64,000 nt of DNA from Rhodospirillales bacterium (lineage in GTDB: Bacteria > Pseudomonadota > Alphaproteobacteria > Rhodospirillales > Casp-alpha2), in contig JAYOFM010000004.1 of NCBI GenBank assembly GCA_038117225.1, positions 277 through 64,276 of the forward strand. The letters run 5' to 3'. A program made the position numbers and the translations under genes. The notes below the pieces were generated by a model. That model was not told the DNA's origin, did not search any database, and worked only from the letters and a program-made list of their open reading frames with translations. Positions 46,601-59,530 of the stretch are shown here, piece after piece; positions within the stretch are counted from its first letter, which is position 1, and each line of letters opens with the position of its first letter.

Positions 46601-47161
46601 ATGATGAGTGAATTATCACGCCGCGCCGACGCGTTCGCCATGCCAGTGTCAGACCGGGCGCCGTTGCCGGGCCTGGCGACGGATTTGCCGCCGGTGTCGA
46701 TGGAGGAAGACCGTGGCGACGAGGATGAGAACGAGGTCAGGGACGATCACGCGGGCGGGCTGACGGAGCGGCATGAGCGGTTCTGTCGCGCCTTTGTCGC
46801 CACCAGCAACGGCGCGCGGGCGGCGCGGGAGGCCGGGTATGCGGAGACCGGGGCGCGCCGGCAGGCGCACCGGTTGCTGCGGCGGCCCGAGGTGCGTCGC
46901 CGGGTGCGCGATCTGCGCCACGCCATCGCCGAGGACAGTTGCCTCGACGCCATGGTGCTGATGGCGAAGCTAGAAAGCGTCTATCGCAAGGCGCTGGAAA
47001 ACCATCATTTCCACGCGGCGACGCGGGCGGTGGAAGTCCAGAGCCGGCTCGCCGGCCACCTCGTCGACCGGCGCCGGGTGACGATGCACGACGGCGTTCG
47101 CGATGACGCGGCTGATGGCGCGCCGGCCGACGTGACGTGGCCGGGGAACGCGGCAAAATGA
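46601..47161 (+). CDS. phage terminase small-subunit-like (Terminase_2-type HTH) protein, orphan
   Basis: LTERHERFCRAFVATSNGARAAREAGYAETGARRQAHRLLRRPEVRRRVRDL resembles the Terminase_2 N-terminal HTH (L..kqerFc.eY...gNat.AaiaAGYs...A...g..LL..p.v...i). Confidence 0.65.
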   Translation: MMSELSRRADAFAMPVSDRAPLPGLATDLPPVSMEEDRGDEDENEVRDDHAGGLTERHERFCRAFVATSNGARAAREAGYAETGARRQAHRLLRRPEVRRRVRDLRHAIAEDSCLDAMVLMAKLESVYRKALENHHFHAATRAVEVQSRLAGHLVDRRRVTMHDGVRDDAADGAPADVTWPGNAAK

Positions 47162-47358
47162 CTACACATGTCCACATTTTCCGACCAGAAACGGCATGAA
47201 TTATTGAATATCAACGGGTTAGTCTGTTTCAAGCGGCCGAAAACGTCCTCGAAACGGCTCGGAACGTGGTGATTTGCGTTTGCAAGCGGGCTTTTAACGG
47301 TTAAACGGAGCGCCCGATTGAGCGGCCGATTTGCGGTCCGATGACAGGAGTAGCGGCC

Positions 47359-48333
47359 ATGGCGGCCAAGGTATTCATCGACGGCGATGTGGGAACCACC
47401 GGTTTGCAGATTCGGCGGCGGCTCGAAGGCCGTGGCGATCTGCAACTGATCCGGCTGCCCGACGAACGGCGCAAGGACTTGGATGCCCGTCGCAACATGC
47501 TGGCCAAGGCGGATATCGCCATCCTGTGCCTGCCCGATGACGCGGCGCGCGAGGCGGCGGCCATGGCGGCGGAACTGGGCGATGGCGCGGCGCGGCTGAT
47601 CGATGCCTCGACGGCGCACCGGGTCGCCGACGACTGGGTCTACGGCATGCCCGAATGGGAGACCGAGCAGCCGGCGCGCATTGCCGCCGCGGCGCGGGTG
47701 TCCAATCCCGGGTGCTATGCCATTTCCTCGGTCGCCATGCTGCATCCGCTGATTGTCGCCGGCATCCTGCCGGCCGACCATCCGGTCACGCTGAACGCGG
47801 TGTCCGGCTATTCCGGCGGCGGCAAGGGCCTGATCGGCAAGTTCGAGGACGGCGCCGACGCCGAGCACGCGAACACCGCGTACTTCGTCTACGGCCTCGG
47901 CCTCGGCCACAAACACGTGCCGGAAATCCAGCGCTGGAGCGGGCTCGACCTGCCGCCGCTGTTCATGCCCAGCGTCGGCCGTTATCGCCAGGGCATGATC
48001 ACGCAACTGCCGCTGGTGCTCGGCGCGCTGCCCGGCTCGCCGACGCCGGGCGATATTCATGCGGCGCTGGCCGATCACTATGCCGGCTGCCGTTTCCTGA
48101 CCGTCGCCGGCATGGATGACGCGGCGGCGTTGAGCGAGCTGAACCCGGAAGCGCTCAACGGCAGCAATGAACTGCGCCTGCATGTCTTCGCCAACGCGGC
48201 GCGCGGCCATGTGGTGATCGCCGCGCTGATCGACAATCTCGGCAAGGGCGCGTCGGGGCTGGCGGTGCAGAACCTTAATTTGATGCTGGGCGTCGATGAG
48301 GCGACCGGGCTGACGGATTCGGTGCTGCTCTAA
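47359..48333 (+). CDS. argC: N-acetyl-gamma-glutamyl-phosphate reductase (short type)
   Basis: MAAKVFIDGDVGTTGLQI...VSNPGCYAIS (catalytic Cys) ...DNLGKGASG. AGGAG lies 10 nt upstream of ATG 47359; an in-frame ATG at 47341 is also possible. Confidence 0.9.
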   Translation: MAAKVFIDGDVGTTGLQIRRRLEGRGDLQLIRLPDERRKDLDARRNMLAKADIAILCLPDDAAREAAAMAAELGDGAARLIDASTAHRVADDWVYGMPEWETEQPARIAAAARVSNPGCYAISSVAMLHPLIVAGILPADHPVTLNAVSGYSGGGKGLIGKFEDGADAEHANTAYFVYGLGLGHKHVPEIQRWSGLDLPPLFMPSVGRYRQGMITQLPLVLGALPGSPTPGDIHAALADHYAGCRFLTVAGMDDAAALSELNPEALNGSNELRLHVFANAARGHVVIAALIDNLGKGASGLAVQNLNLMLGVDEATGLTDSVLL

Positions 48334-48382
48334 CCGCGGCGCGTTTACCGGCGGCCAGCGGGGCCGGCGCCTGAGGGGAAAC

Positions 48383-50488
<2,106 letters not shown>

Positions 50489-50583
50489 TGCGTAAGAAGA
50501 TCTCCGCCCGAATCATATTTCACGATACAGTAGGTCGGATGATGCCCAAATGACAAGATATTGTGTTTTGAAAGGATGATTCC

Positions 50584-51015
50584 ATGGCCGATACGGCATC
50601 CGGCAAGACTGGCGGCGCGGCTGGCAACGGGGCTGGCGAGCCGCGCGGCGAATTGTCGCTGCGCACGCTGGCGATGCCGGCCGACACCAATCCGTCGGGC
50701 GATATTTTCGGCGGCTGGGTGATGGCGCAGATGGATATCGCCGCCGGCATCACCGCCGGCGCGCGGGCGCGCGGCCGCGTCGCGACGGTCGCCGTGACCG
50801 GATTCAGCTTTCACAAACCGATCCACGTCGGCGACGTGGTGTGCTGTTACACGGAAGTCGAAAAGATAGGCCGCACCTCGATCACCATGCATGTGGAGGC
50901 GTGGGCGCTGCGGCGGCGAGAGGCAGGCGTTCGGGCCAAGGTGACGGAAGGAACCTTCACTTTCGTCGCCCTCAACGAAGACGGATCGAAGCGTCCGGTT
51001 CCCGACGAAGCGTGA
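50584..51015 (+). CDS. acyl-CoA thioesterase (YciA-like hotdog fold)
   Basis: MPADTNPSGDIFGGWVMAQMDIAAG...FHKPIHVGDVV...GRTSITMHVEAW. Confidence 0.85.
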   Translation: MADTASGKTGGAAGNGAGEPRGELSLRTLAMPADTNPSGDIFGGWVMAQMDIAAGITAGARARGRVATVAVTGFSFHKPIHVGDVVCCYTEVEKIGRTSITMHVEAWALRRREAGVRAKVTEGTFTFVALNEDGSKRPVPDEA

Positions 51016-51081
51016 ACCCGGGTTGATCTTCGCGGCTGGTTTCGTAAGCTTGGCGGCTCCATGAACACATGGGTGACGATC

Positions 51082-51456
51082 ATGCGAAAAATAACTCTCG
51101 CGGCGATGCTGATGACGATGCTTTCTTCGGGCGCCGTCGTGGCCGGACCACCGTCGGTCCTCGACGCGCAGGTGACGGCCAACCCGGGCGGCACCTATTC
51201 GTTCTCGGTCACCATCACCCACAAGGACGAAGGCTGGACCCACTACGCCGACGCCTGGGAAGTGCTGGACGAAACCGGCAAGATTCTGGCGACGCGGACG
51301 CTGTATCATCCGCACGTGGATGAACAGCCGTTCACCCGCTCGCTGGCCCGCGTCGTCGTGCCGATCGGCGTGCGCAAAGTGACCCTGCGGGCCCGTGACA
51401 GCGTCCACGGCTATGGCGAGCGCACGCTGGAGGTGACGCTGCCGCCCCGGCGCTGA
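51082..51456 (+). CDS. hypothetical secreted protein (124 aa)
   Basis: Signal peptide MRKITLAAMLMTMLSSGAVVA. Very strong G/C third-position bias. No family recognised. Confidence 0.65.
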   Translation: MRKITLAAMLMTMLSSGAVVAGPPSVLDAQVTANPGGTYSFSVTITHKDEGWTHYADAWEVLDETGKILATRTLYHPHVDEQPFTRSLARVVVPIGVRKVTLRARDSVHGYGERTLEVTLPPRR

Positions 51457-51506
51457 TCTGGTCGCCTGCCCTTGGCGTTGTTTCATCGCGATTGGAAATA
51501 CGCAAC

Positions 51507-51531
51507 GGGCCGCCCCCGGTGGAGGCGGCCC
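51507..51531. terminator. GC-rich hairpin between convergent genes (possible bidirectional terminator)
   Basis: GGGCCGCC (51507-51514) / GGCGGCCC (51524-51531) with a 9-nt loop. There is no clear U-tract. Confidence 0.35.
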
Positions 51532-51575
51532 GCGCAATCATCACATTGATCGGAGAATGGATCAGCCCGTAGAGA

Positions 51576-52997
51576 TCAGGACGAGTAGTACATCATGAAC
51601 TCAACCGGATGCGGGGTGTGTTCGAAGTTGTAGACTTCCTCCCACTTCAGATCGATGTAGGCGTCAATCTGGTCGTCGCTGAACACGTCGCCCTTCTTCA
51701 GGAAGTCGCGGCCCGCATCGAGTGATTCAAGCGCTTCGCGCAACGAACCGCACACTGTCGGCACGCCGGCCAGCTCTTCCGGCGGCAGGTCATAGAGGTC
51801 CTTGTCCATGGCGTCGCCCGGATGGATCTTGTTCTGAATGCCGTCGAGGCCGGCCATCATCATCGCCGCGAACGCCAGGTAGGGGTTGGCCAACGCATCC
51901 GGGAAGCGAACCTCGACCCGCTTGCCCTTGGGCGACGAGGCGAATGGAATGCGGCACGACGCGGAGCGGTTGCGCGCCGAATAGGCCAGCAGCACCGGCG
52001 CCTCGAAGCCCGGGATCAGCCGCTTGTAGCTGTTGGTACCGGGATTGGTAAAGGCGTTCAGCGCCTTGGCGTGGGCGATGATGCCGCCGATGTAGTGCAG
52101 CGCCATGTCGGAAAGATCGGCATAGCCCGATCCGGCGAACAGCGGCTTGCCGTCCTTCCAGATGGACTGGTGGGTGTGCATGCCCGACCCGTTATCGCCC
52201 GCCACTGGCTTCGGCATGAACGTCGCCGTCTTGCCGTAGGTGTGTGACACCATGTGGGTGCCGTACTTGTAGATCTGCAGGTTGTCGGCGGCACCGACCA
52301 GAGTTGAGAATTCCATGCCGAGTTCATGCTGACTGGGCGCGACCTCGTGGTGGTGCTTGTCCATGCTGAGACCCATTTCCTTCAGCACGGTAACCATTTC
52401 GGCCCGCAGGTCATGCGCCGAGTCGACCGGCGGCACGGGGAAGTAACCGCCCTTCACCCCAGGCCGGTGGGCCAGATTGCCCTCGTCCATGATGGCGCCG
52501 GACACGTACGGCCCTTCCTCGGACGAAATTTCGTAGAAGGCTCGCTGCATCTGAACGTCGAAACGAACGTCGTCGAAGACGAAGAACTCGGCTTCGGGGC
52601 CGAAATAGGCGGTATCGCCGATTCCGGTCGAACCGAGGTACGCCTCGGCCTTGCGCGCCACCGAACGGGGGTCACGGTTATAAGGCTGACCGGTGGTCGG
52701 CTCGTAAATGTCGCAGATCAGGATCAATGCCGGCTGCGCCGCGAACGGATCCATCACCGCCGTCGTGGCGTCGGGGATCAGCGCCATGTCGGATTCGTTG
52801 ATCGCCTTCCAGCCGGCGATGGACGAGCCGTCGAACATGATGCCATCGGTGAACGAATCCTCATCGACGAATGGCGAGGTCATGGTCAAGTGCTGCCATT
52901 TGCCGCGCGGATCGGTGAAACGGAGGTCGACGAAATCGATGTCGTCATCCTTCAAGAGCTTGAGTACATCCGCCGGGGTCTTGCAATTCAACGACAT
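51576..52997 (-). CDS. glnA: glutamine synthetase type I
   Basis: 473 aa with [13 protein letters not shown], ...GSGMHTHQS..., and the adenylylation-site context [18 protein letters not shown] is the RBS. Confidence 0.95.
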   Translation of the reverse strand: MSLNCKTPADVLKLLKDDDIDFVDLRFTDPRGKWQHLTMTSPFVDEDSFTDGIMFDGSSIAGWKAINESDMALIPDATTAVMDPFAAQPALILICDIYEPTTGQPYNRDPRSVARKAEAYLGSTGIGDTAYFGPEAEFFVFDDVRFDVQMQRAFYEISSEEGPYVSGAIMDEGNLAHRPGVKGGYFPVPPVDSAHDLRAEMVTVLKEMGLSMDKHHHEVAPSQHELGMEFSTLVGAADNLQIYKYGTHMVSHTYGKTATFMPKPVAGDNGSGMHTHQSIWKDGKPLFAGSGYADLSDMALHYIGGIIAHAKALNAFTNPGTNSYKRLIPGFEAPVLLAYSARNRSASCRIPFASSPKGKRVEVRFPDALANPYLAFAAMMMAGLDGIQNKIHPGDAMDKDLYDLPPEELAGVPTVCGSLREALESLDAGRDFLKKGDVFSDDQIDAYIDLKWEEVYNFEHTPHPVEFMMYYSS

Positions 52998-53121
52998 GGT
53001 TAGGTTCCTTCCTGGTTATCCGTATGGCTTGAATGTCTGTCTAATGGTCATTCCGGCTCCCGGGTATATGGGGCGGGAAATACGAACTGTCATGATTCAG
53101 GGGGCGGTGGCAGCCCCGCAG

Positions 53122-53574
<453 letters not shown>

Positions 53575-53811
53575 TCAAATGATTGCGCGCGAAGAATTAG
53601 GCCATCTCTCATCCTTATCTGCTGAATGATTGCCCACTTGCCTATTTTTTAATCATCGAGAGGAAAAACTCCCTACAAATCCGTGCCTCACATTAGCCGC
53701 CCTTCAACAGGTCATCATCGAAGTGCCCGAAGGTCAGGGCGTGGCTCACTGTCGCCCCATCATCCACCGCAGCCTCACGTTACAGGCCACGTACATCGAA
53801 CAACACGCCTA

Positions 53812-53839
53812 TGAAAAAGGCCCGCCAATGGCGGGCCTT
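53812..53839 (-). terminator. Rho-independent terminator downstream of rpsI
   Basis: GGCCCGCC / GGCGGGCC stem (53819-53826 / 53830-53837). On the minus strand a TTTTT run follows. Confidence 0.6.
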
Positions 53840-53869
53840 CCTCGAAATAGAAATCGTGTCTGAAACGGA

Positions 53870-54397
53870 TCAGCGTTTCGAGAACTGGAAGCTACTGCGG
53901 GCCTTGAGCTTGCCATATTTTTTGCGCTCGACGACGCGGCTGTCGCGGGTCAGGAAGCCGACCTTCTTCAGCGGCGGCCGGAGGCCCGGCTCATACAGGG
54001 TCAATGCCTTCGAGATGCCGTGGCGCACGGCACCGGCCTGTCCGGAAAGGCCACCGCCCTTGACGGTGCAGATGACGTCGTACTGTCCGGTCCGCTCGGT
54101 CACATCAAACGGCTGGTTGATCATCATGCGCAACACCGGACGCGCGAAATAGCGTTCCTGATCACGGCCATTGACGGTAATGGTCCCCGGCCCCGGCTTG
54201 ATCCAGACACGGGCGACCGCATCCTTGCGCTTGCCGGTGGCGTAGGAACGGCCGTGGGCATCGATCTGCGGTTCGGTCGGCGTGGCGCTGACGGTTTCAA
54301 CCTCGGCCGGTATGCCGGCGGCGACGGCCGCGGCTTCGGCGGCTGCCGGGTCAATCAGCTCCTTGAGGTCCTCGAGGGTCTTGGTTTCCTCGGCCAT
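53870..54397 (-). CDS. rpsI: 30S ribosomal protein S9 (with an N-terminal extension)
   Basis: ...[18 protein letters not shown]...[19 protein letters not shown]...[24 protein letters not shown]. Confidence 0.93.
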   Translation of the reverse strand: MAEETKTLEDLKELIDPAAAEAAAVAAGIPAEVETVSATPTEPQIDAHGRSYATGKRKDAVARVWIKPGPGTITVNGRDQERYFARPVLRMMINQPFDVTERTGQYDVICTVKGGGLSGQAGAVRHGISKALTLYEPGLRPPLKKVGFLTRDSRVVERKKYGKLKARSSFQFSKR

Positions 54398-54401
54398 GGG
54401 A

Positions 54402-54866
54402 TCAGACGCTCCTCTTATTCTTGGAATTCATCGCGGCAACATCCAGCACTTCCGGCTGCTGCCCCGCGTGGGGATGGTCAGCACCAGCATAAACATGCAG
54501 TTTGCGCATCTGCTGGCGGCCCATTGGATTGCGGCTGATCATCCGTTCGACGGCCTTAATGACGACCCGTTCCGGGTGCTTGCCACCAAGGACATCGCCG
54601 GCGGTAACGCCCTTGATGCCGCCCGGAAAGCCAGTGTGACGGTAGTAGACCTTATCGGCGAGCTTGTTTCCGCTCAGGTGTACTTTCTCGGCATTAATGA
54701 CGATGACATTATCGCCGCAATCGATATTCGGCGTGAACATCGGCTTGTGTTTGCCACGCAGACGCAGGGCGATCACGGAGGCCATGCGGCCGAGTACCAG
54801 GTCCTCTGCATCGACCAGATACCACTTGCGATCGACGTCGCTTGGTTTGGCGGAATAGGTTTTCAT
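54402..54866 (-). CDS. rplM: 50S ribosomal protein L13
   Basis: [30 protein letters not shown]...[10 protein letters not shown]... ATG 54866 with GAGG upstream; the track ORF starts at TTG 54869. Confidence 0.95.
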   Translation of the reverse strand: MKTYSAKPSDVDRKWYLVDAEDLVLGRMASVIALRLRGKHKPMFTPNIDCGDNVIVINAEKVHLSGNKLADKVYYRHTGFPGGIKGVTAGDVLGGKHPERVVIKAVERMISRNPMGRQQMRKLHVYAGADHPHAGQQPEVLDVAAMNSKNKRSV

Positions 54867-54954
54867 CAACGGAGCCTCGATATCGTTCGGCGAAATGGAA
54901 TAGTTTTCGTCGGCGACGCCAAATAGATGCTAGGGCGGATGCCGAGCGCGGGGG

Positions 54955-54984
54955 TAGATAGCCGCCAACCCTGACCGCTGTCAA
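54955..54984 (-). promoter_or_regulatory. sigma70-like promoter candidate for rplM-rpsI
   Basis: The minus strand reads TTGACA (54984-54979), 18-nt spacer, TATCTA (54960-54955). Confidence 0.35.
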
Positions 54985-55025
54985 CAATAATAGTCGTTTA
55001 AATTCCTAGCTTTACAGATGCGGTA

Positions 55026-55517
55026 TTATAATACCTCGCCAGAAGTCACCTGCCATTCCGGCGGCAAGGAGTAGGTTCCCGTGGCGTGAGCGACCGCGTC
55101 ATCGAAGCCGTCCGAATGGATCGTCACCTCGACCACCGCCAGACGCTTGCCGAGTTTCATCAGGCGGCCATCGGCGATCATGTCGCCAGGCTGCGGTCGA
55201 TGCAGGAAATTGACGTTGAAACTGGTCGTCACCGCCATCTTGACGATACCGATAGCGCTCAGCACCACGGCGTACATACACGCGTCCGCCAGCGCCATCA
55301 TGAAGGGACCGGCGATGGTGCCACCAGGGCGCAGCATATTGGGTTTGTAGGCGAGCCGCATGGATGCCGCGCCAGCACCAACCGCGTCAGCCCACATCAT
55401 GCCATCGGCCCAGGGGATTTCATGGCGCAAAAGATCATTGAACTGGTTGATGGTAATGCGGCTAACCGGCGGTTCCACCTGAATTTTCGATTGGCGCGCC
55501 TCGCCGGTACCGTTCAT
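55026..55517 (-). CDS. PaaI-family (hotdog) thioesterase
   Basis: 163 aa from ATG 55517 with ...LRPGGTIAGPFMMALADACMYAVVL...GKRLAVVEVTI... The upstream part of the 250-aa ORF was not called. Confidence 0.8.
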   Translation of the reverse strand: MNGTGEARQSKIQVEPPVSRITINQFNDLLRHEIPWADGMMWADAVGAGAASMRLAYKPNMLRPGGTIAGPFMMALADACMYAVVLSAIGIVKMAVTTSFNVNFLHRPQPGDMIADGRLMKLGKRLAVVEVTIHSDGFDDAVAHATGTYSLPPEWQVTSGEVL

Positions 55518-55680
55518 GATCACGCGATTCCACTTTGCGTTACTGATCGTGGCACGGTATTTTACGTTTACGTCAACGTCAACGCCTGCGGTCTGTTGCC
55601 TGTCTTGACCGCGCGACGGCCGACACGGCACAGTGAGACGACGCAACAACGGCCCGAATTTCCGCGCAGGAATTGATGCC

Positions 55681-56502
55681 ATGCCCGACACCGCTGTCCC
55701 CTCGCCCGGCCCTGTCGCGACCAGCGCCGACGTGCTGCTGCGCAACGACAGAAATGGCGTGGCGACGCTGACGCTCAACCGTGCCGCCGCCTACAATACG
55801 CTCTCCACTTCCCTACTTGCCGCACTGCAGACAACCCTCGACGACATCGCCGAAGACGCCAATGTGCGGGTCGTCGTCATCGCGGCCGCGGGGAATGTGT
55901 TTTCGGTCGGCCATGACCTGAATGAGATGCACGCGGCCCCGGACAAAGGACCAATTGGCGCCCTTTTCGATCAATGCAGCCGCATGATGCAGACCATCTC
56001 CCGCATTCCGCAGCCGGTGATCGCACGGGTACAAGGTATCGCGGTAGCCGCCGGGTGTCAGTTAGTGGCTCAGTGTGACATGGCCATCGCCGCCGATACG
56101 GCCATGTTCGCCACGTCGGGCGTCAAACTGGGCCTGTTCTGCGCCACGCCGATGGTCGCCGTGACCCGTAACATGCCGCGCAAGAAGGCATTCGAAATGC
56201 TGATGACAGGCGATCTCGTCGACGCTCACGAGGCGGAGCGCCTCGGCCTCATCAACCGGGCAGTGCCCTTGGCCGAACTCGATTCCGCAGTCGATGATAT
56301 CTGCCAGCGCATCGTCGATAAGTCGCCGATCGCCGTACGTCGCGGCAAGGAACTGTTCTACCGCCAACTGGAAAAAGGCCTGTCCGCCGCCTACGCCGAC
56401 GCGTCCGCCGTCATCACCGACAACATGCAGGACATGGATGCCCGCGCCGGCATCGAGGCGTTTCTCGATAAGCGAGACATGCCCGAGTGGACGGGCGAGT
56501 GA
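55681..56502 (+). CDS. enoyl-CoA hydratase/isomerase (crotonase) family protein
   Basis: ...ATLTLNRAAAYNTLS...VVVIAAAGNVFSVGHDLNEM...VQGIAVAAGCQLVAQCDMAIAA... Confidence 0.85.
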   Translation: MPDTAVPSPGPVATSADVLLRNDRNGVATLTLNRAAAYNTLSTSLLAALQTTLDDIAEDANVRVVVIAAAGNVFSVGHDLNEMHAAPDKGPIGALFDQCSRMMQTISRIPQPVIARVQGIAVAAGCQLVAQCDMAIAADTAMFATSGVKLGLFCATPMVAVTRNMPRKKAFEMLMTGDLVDAHEAERLGLINRAVPLAELDSAVDDICQRIVDKSPIAVRRGKELFYRQLEKGLSAAYADASAVITDNMQDMDARAGIEAFLDKRDMPEWTGE

Positions 56503-57026
56503 GCGGCGCGGCGCCGGTTTCATCCCCGCAAGACCCGCTGGTCTACGCCGACGCGGATATTCGCGATATCCTCAACCGCGTGCGCACCATCGCCATGGTC
56601 GGCGCCAGCGCCAATTGGGTGCGACCGTCCAACTTCGCCATGAAGTATCTTCAGGGAAAGGGATACCGCGTCATTCCGGTGAATCCCGGTCAGGCGGGAA
56701 AGCAGATCCTTGGCGAAACCGTTTATGCCGACCTCGCCGACATTCCCGACCCTTTCGAAATGGTCGATGTGTTTCGCGCCTCGAACGCCGCCGCCGCGCT
56801 CATGGACCGGGTGATCGAGATCAAGGACGCCAAGGGCGTCGATGTGGTCTGGATGCAGCTTGGGGTGCGTGATGACGCAGCCGCCGAGCGCGGCGAAGCG
56901 GCAGGCTTGCGCGTCGTCATGGATCGCTGCCCGAAGATTGAATACGGTCGCCTGTTCGGCGAACTGGGCTGGTGCGGGGTCAATTCCCGGATCATCTCCG
57001 CGAAACGGCCGAGGATGCGACCATGA
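56499..57026 (+). CDS. CoA-binding domain protein (YccU-like)
   Basis: ...IAMVGASANWVRPSNFAMKYLQGKGYRVIPVNP...VDVFR... GTG 56499 overlaps the upstream stop (GTGA). Alternative GTG at 56487. Confidence 0.75.
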   Translation: MSGAAPVSSPQDPLVYADADIRDILNRVRTIAMVGASANWVRPSNFAMKYLQGKGYRVIPVNPGQAGKQILGETVYADLADIPDPFEMVDVFRASNAAAALMDRVIEIKDAKGVDVVWMQLGVRDDAAAERGEAAGLRVVMDRCPKIEYGRLFGELGWCGVNSRIISAKRPRMRP

Positions 57027-58327
57027 GCGATGACAAGAAGCCGGAAGGACCGCTGGATTTCGGCTTCGAAACGAGAGCGGTGCACGCCGGTGCACGACCC
57101 GACCCGGTGACGGGCGCGCGGGCGACACCGATCTACCAGACCACGTCCTATGTCTTCGATGACGTCGACCATGCCGCCGACCTGTTCAACCTGCAGACGT
57201 TCGGCTTCATCTATTCCAGGCTGACCAATCCCACCGTTTCCGTGTTGGAAGAGCGCATCGCCAGCCTTGAGGATGGCCGCGCCGCCGTCTGCGCGTCGTC
57301 CGGCCACGCGGCGCAGTTTCTCGCGTTCTTCACGCTGCTGGAACCGGGTGACCACTTTCTGGCGTCACGCAATCTCTACGGCGGCTCGGTGACCCAGTTC
57401 GGGGTCAGCTTCAAGCGTCTGGGCTGGCACTGCGATTTCGTCGATGGCACGACTCCCGAGAACTTCCGCGGCGCACTAACGCCGCGCACGAAGGCCATTT
57501 TCATCGAGGCGCTGGCCAATCCGGGTGGCGTCGTGCTCGACGTGGAAGCCATCGCCGCCATTGCTCATGAAGCCGGTATCCCCCTGATCGTCGACAACAC
57601 ACTTGCGACACCGTATCTGTGCCGCCCCATGGATTGGGGCGCCGACATCGTCATTCATTCGACGACCAAGTTCCTTGCCGGCCACGGCAATTCCATGGGC
57701 GGCGCCATCGTCGAATCCGGACGCTTCGATTGGGCGCAGAACAGCCGTTTTCCGACCATGACCGAGCCGGACCCGGCCTATCATGGCCTGACATTTTACG
57801 AGACCTTCGGCGATTTCGCCTTCACCATGAAAGCGCGGGCGGTGGCACTCCGGGATTTCGGCCCGTCGCTGTCGCCGCAGAACGCGTTTTACACGATCAC
57901 CGGAATTGAGACGCTGCATCTGCGGATGCCCCGCCATGTGGAGAACGCCGTGGCGGTGGCGACGTTCCTGGATTCCCACCCCAAAGTGGCATGGGTGTCC
58001 TACGCCGGCCTCGCCTCGAGTCCCTACCGTGCGCTGGCCGCCAAGTACCTGCCAAAGGGGGCTGGCTCGGTCTTCACCTTCGGCGTAAATGGCGGATACG
58101 GTGCGGGCATCAAGCTCGTCGAGACAGTCGAGTTGTTCAGCCACCTCGCCAACATTGGCGATACGCGTTCGTTGATCCTGCACCCGGCATCGACGACCCA
58201 TCGCCAACTGACCGAGGAACAGCGTCAGGCCGCCGGTGCCGGCGACGATGTCATCCGGCTTTCCGTCGGCATCGAGAGCGCGGATGATCTGATCCGTGAT
58301 CTCGAGCGGGCGCTCGCCGTGATCTAG
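57023..58327 (+). CDS. metY: O-acetylhomoserine sulfhydrylase / aminocarboxypropyltransferase (Cys/Met-metabolism PLP enzyme)
   Basis: ...TPIYQTTSYVFDD...FGFIYSRLTNPT...HSTTKFLAGHGNSMGG (PLP-Lys)... ATG 57023 overlaps the upstream stop (ATGA). Confidence 0.9.
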   Translation: MSDDKKPEGPLDFGFETRAVHAGARPDPVTGARATPIYQTTSYVFDDVDHAADLFNLQTFGFIYSRLTNPTVSVLEERIASLEDGRAAVCASSGHAAQFLAFFTLLEPGDHFLASRNLYGGSVTQFGVSFKRLGWHCDFVDGTTPENFRGALTPRTKAIFIEALANPGGVVLDVEAIAAIAHEAGIPLIVDNTLATPYLCRPMDWGADIVIHSTTKFLAGHGNSMGGAIVESGRFDWAQNSRFPTMTEPDPAYHGLTFYETFGDFAFTMKARAVALRDFGPSLSPQNAFYTITGIETLHLRMPRHVENAVAVATFLDSHPKVAWVSYAGLASSPYRALAAKYLPKGAGSVFTFGVNGGYGAGIKLVETVELFSHLANIGDTRSLILHPASTTHRQLTEEQRQAAGAGDDVIRLSVGIESADDLIRDLERALAVI

Positions 58328-58330
58328 CCC

Positions 58331-59518
58331 ATGACGGCCCCCGACCCAGGCGCCATGAGCCTTCGCAACCGCGTTCACCGGCTGCTTGAACCGCATGACG
58401 CCGGCGACGCCGCCGGACGCTGGATCGACCGGGTGCTGATCCTGTTGATCGTCACCAACGTCATTGCCGTCATATTGGAAAGCCTGCCCGCGGTGCACGC
58501 GGAATATCATTTGCAATTCGCGGCTTTCGATACTTTTTCCGTCGCCATCTTCACGATCGAGTACGTATCCCGGGTTTGGTCGTGTGTGGAACGTCATTCG
58601 GCACGCACACGCACGCCCTTGGCGGCGCGGTTGCGTTACATGGCGAATCCCCTGGCCCTGATCGACCTTATCGCCATTCTGCCATTCTATTTCGGCATGT
58701 TCACGACGTTGGACCTACGCTTCATGCGAGTCTTTCGGTTACTTCGGCTGCTTAAGCTAACGCGGTATTCGCCAGCGTTGGAAACCGTCGCCGTGGTGTT
58801 CTACCAGTCGCGCCGACAACTGGCCGCCGCCGCCATCATCATGATGGTGCTATTGGTCTTCGGCGGCAGCATCGGCCATCTGCTGGAACACGAAGCGCAA
58901 CCCGATGCGTTCGGCACCATCCCCGACGCCATGTGGTGGGCGATCGCGACACTGACGACAGTCGGTTTCGGCGATGTCACCCCGGTCACGCCGGCGGGTA
59001 AGATATTCGGCGCCATCTTGATGGTGCTGGGGATCGGCATGTACGCGCTGCCGACGGGCATCCTGGTCACCAACTTCGCGCGGGAATTCCGCAAACGCGA
59101 TTTCACGGTCTCCTGGCGTCTGGTCGCCAGCGTGCCCTTATTTTCACACCTGGACGCCATGGAAATCGCCGAGATTTCCAGCCTGCTGCATTCAAAGTTG
59201 GTACCGGCGCGTTACACCGTGGTGCGACGAGGCGAAACCGGCGATGCCATGTACTTCGTTATTTCCGGCGAGGTCGAGATCGATATCGGCCAGCATCCGA
59301 AGCGCCTGGGTCCCGGCGAGCACTTCGGTGAGATCGCGTTGCTGAAGCGCACCAAGCGCGTCGCCACCGTAACCTCGGTCACCGAGTGTCAATTGATGGC
59401 GCTGGAAGTCGCGGATCTGGAACGGCTGATCCGCGAGCATCCGAGAATCCATGAGGAATTGAACTCAACCATGAATAAGCGACTCAAGGAAATAGAGGAC
59501 CTGGGCATCACGGTCTGA
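58331..59518 (+). CDS. cyclic-nucleotide-gated 6-TM potassium channel (MlotiK1-like)
   Basis: S4-like RFMRVFRLLRLLKLTRY, selectivity filter TLTTVGFGDVTP, and a C-terminal CNB domain (GDAMYFVISGEVEI...GEHFGEIALL...RVATV). Confidence 0.85.
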   Translation: MTAPDPGAMSLRNRVHRLLEPHDAGDAAGRWIDRVLILLIVTNVIAVILESLPAVHAEYHLQFAAFDTFSVAIFTIEYVSRVWSCVERHSARTRTPLAARLRYMANPLALIDLIAILPFYFGMFTTLDLRFMRVFRLLRLLKLTRYSPALETVAVVFYQSRRQLAAAAIIMMVLLVFGGSIGHLLEHEAQPDAFGTIPDAMWWAIATLTTVGFGDVTPVTPAGKIFGAILMVLGIGMYALPTGILVTNFAREFRKRDFTVSWRLVASVPLFSHLDAMEIAEISSLLHSKLVPARYTVVRRGETGDAMYFVISGEVEIDIGQHPKRLGPGEHFGEIALLKRTKRVATVTSVTECQLMALEVADLERLIREHPRIHEELNSTMNKRLKEIEDLGITV

Positions 59519-59530
59519 CGAACGCGACGA

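Noticed and set aside
47197-47213. TGAATTATTGAATATCA upstream of argC. Considered as an ArgR ARG box.
   Set aside because: It is a direct repeat of TGAAT, not the palindromic TGAAT-N4-ATTCA. ArgR is not generally expected in this lineage, so there is no further support.
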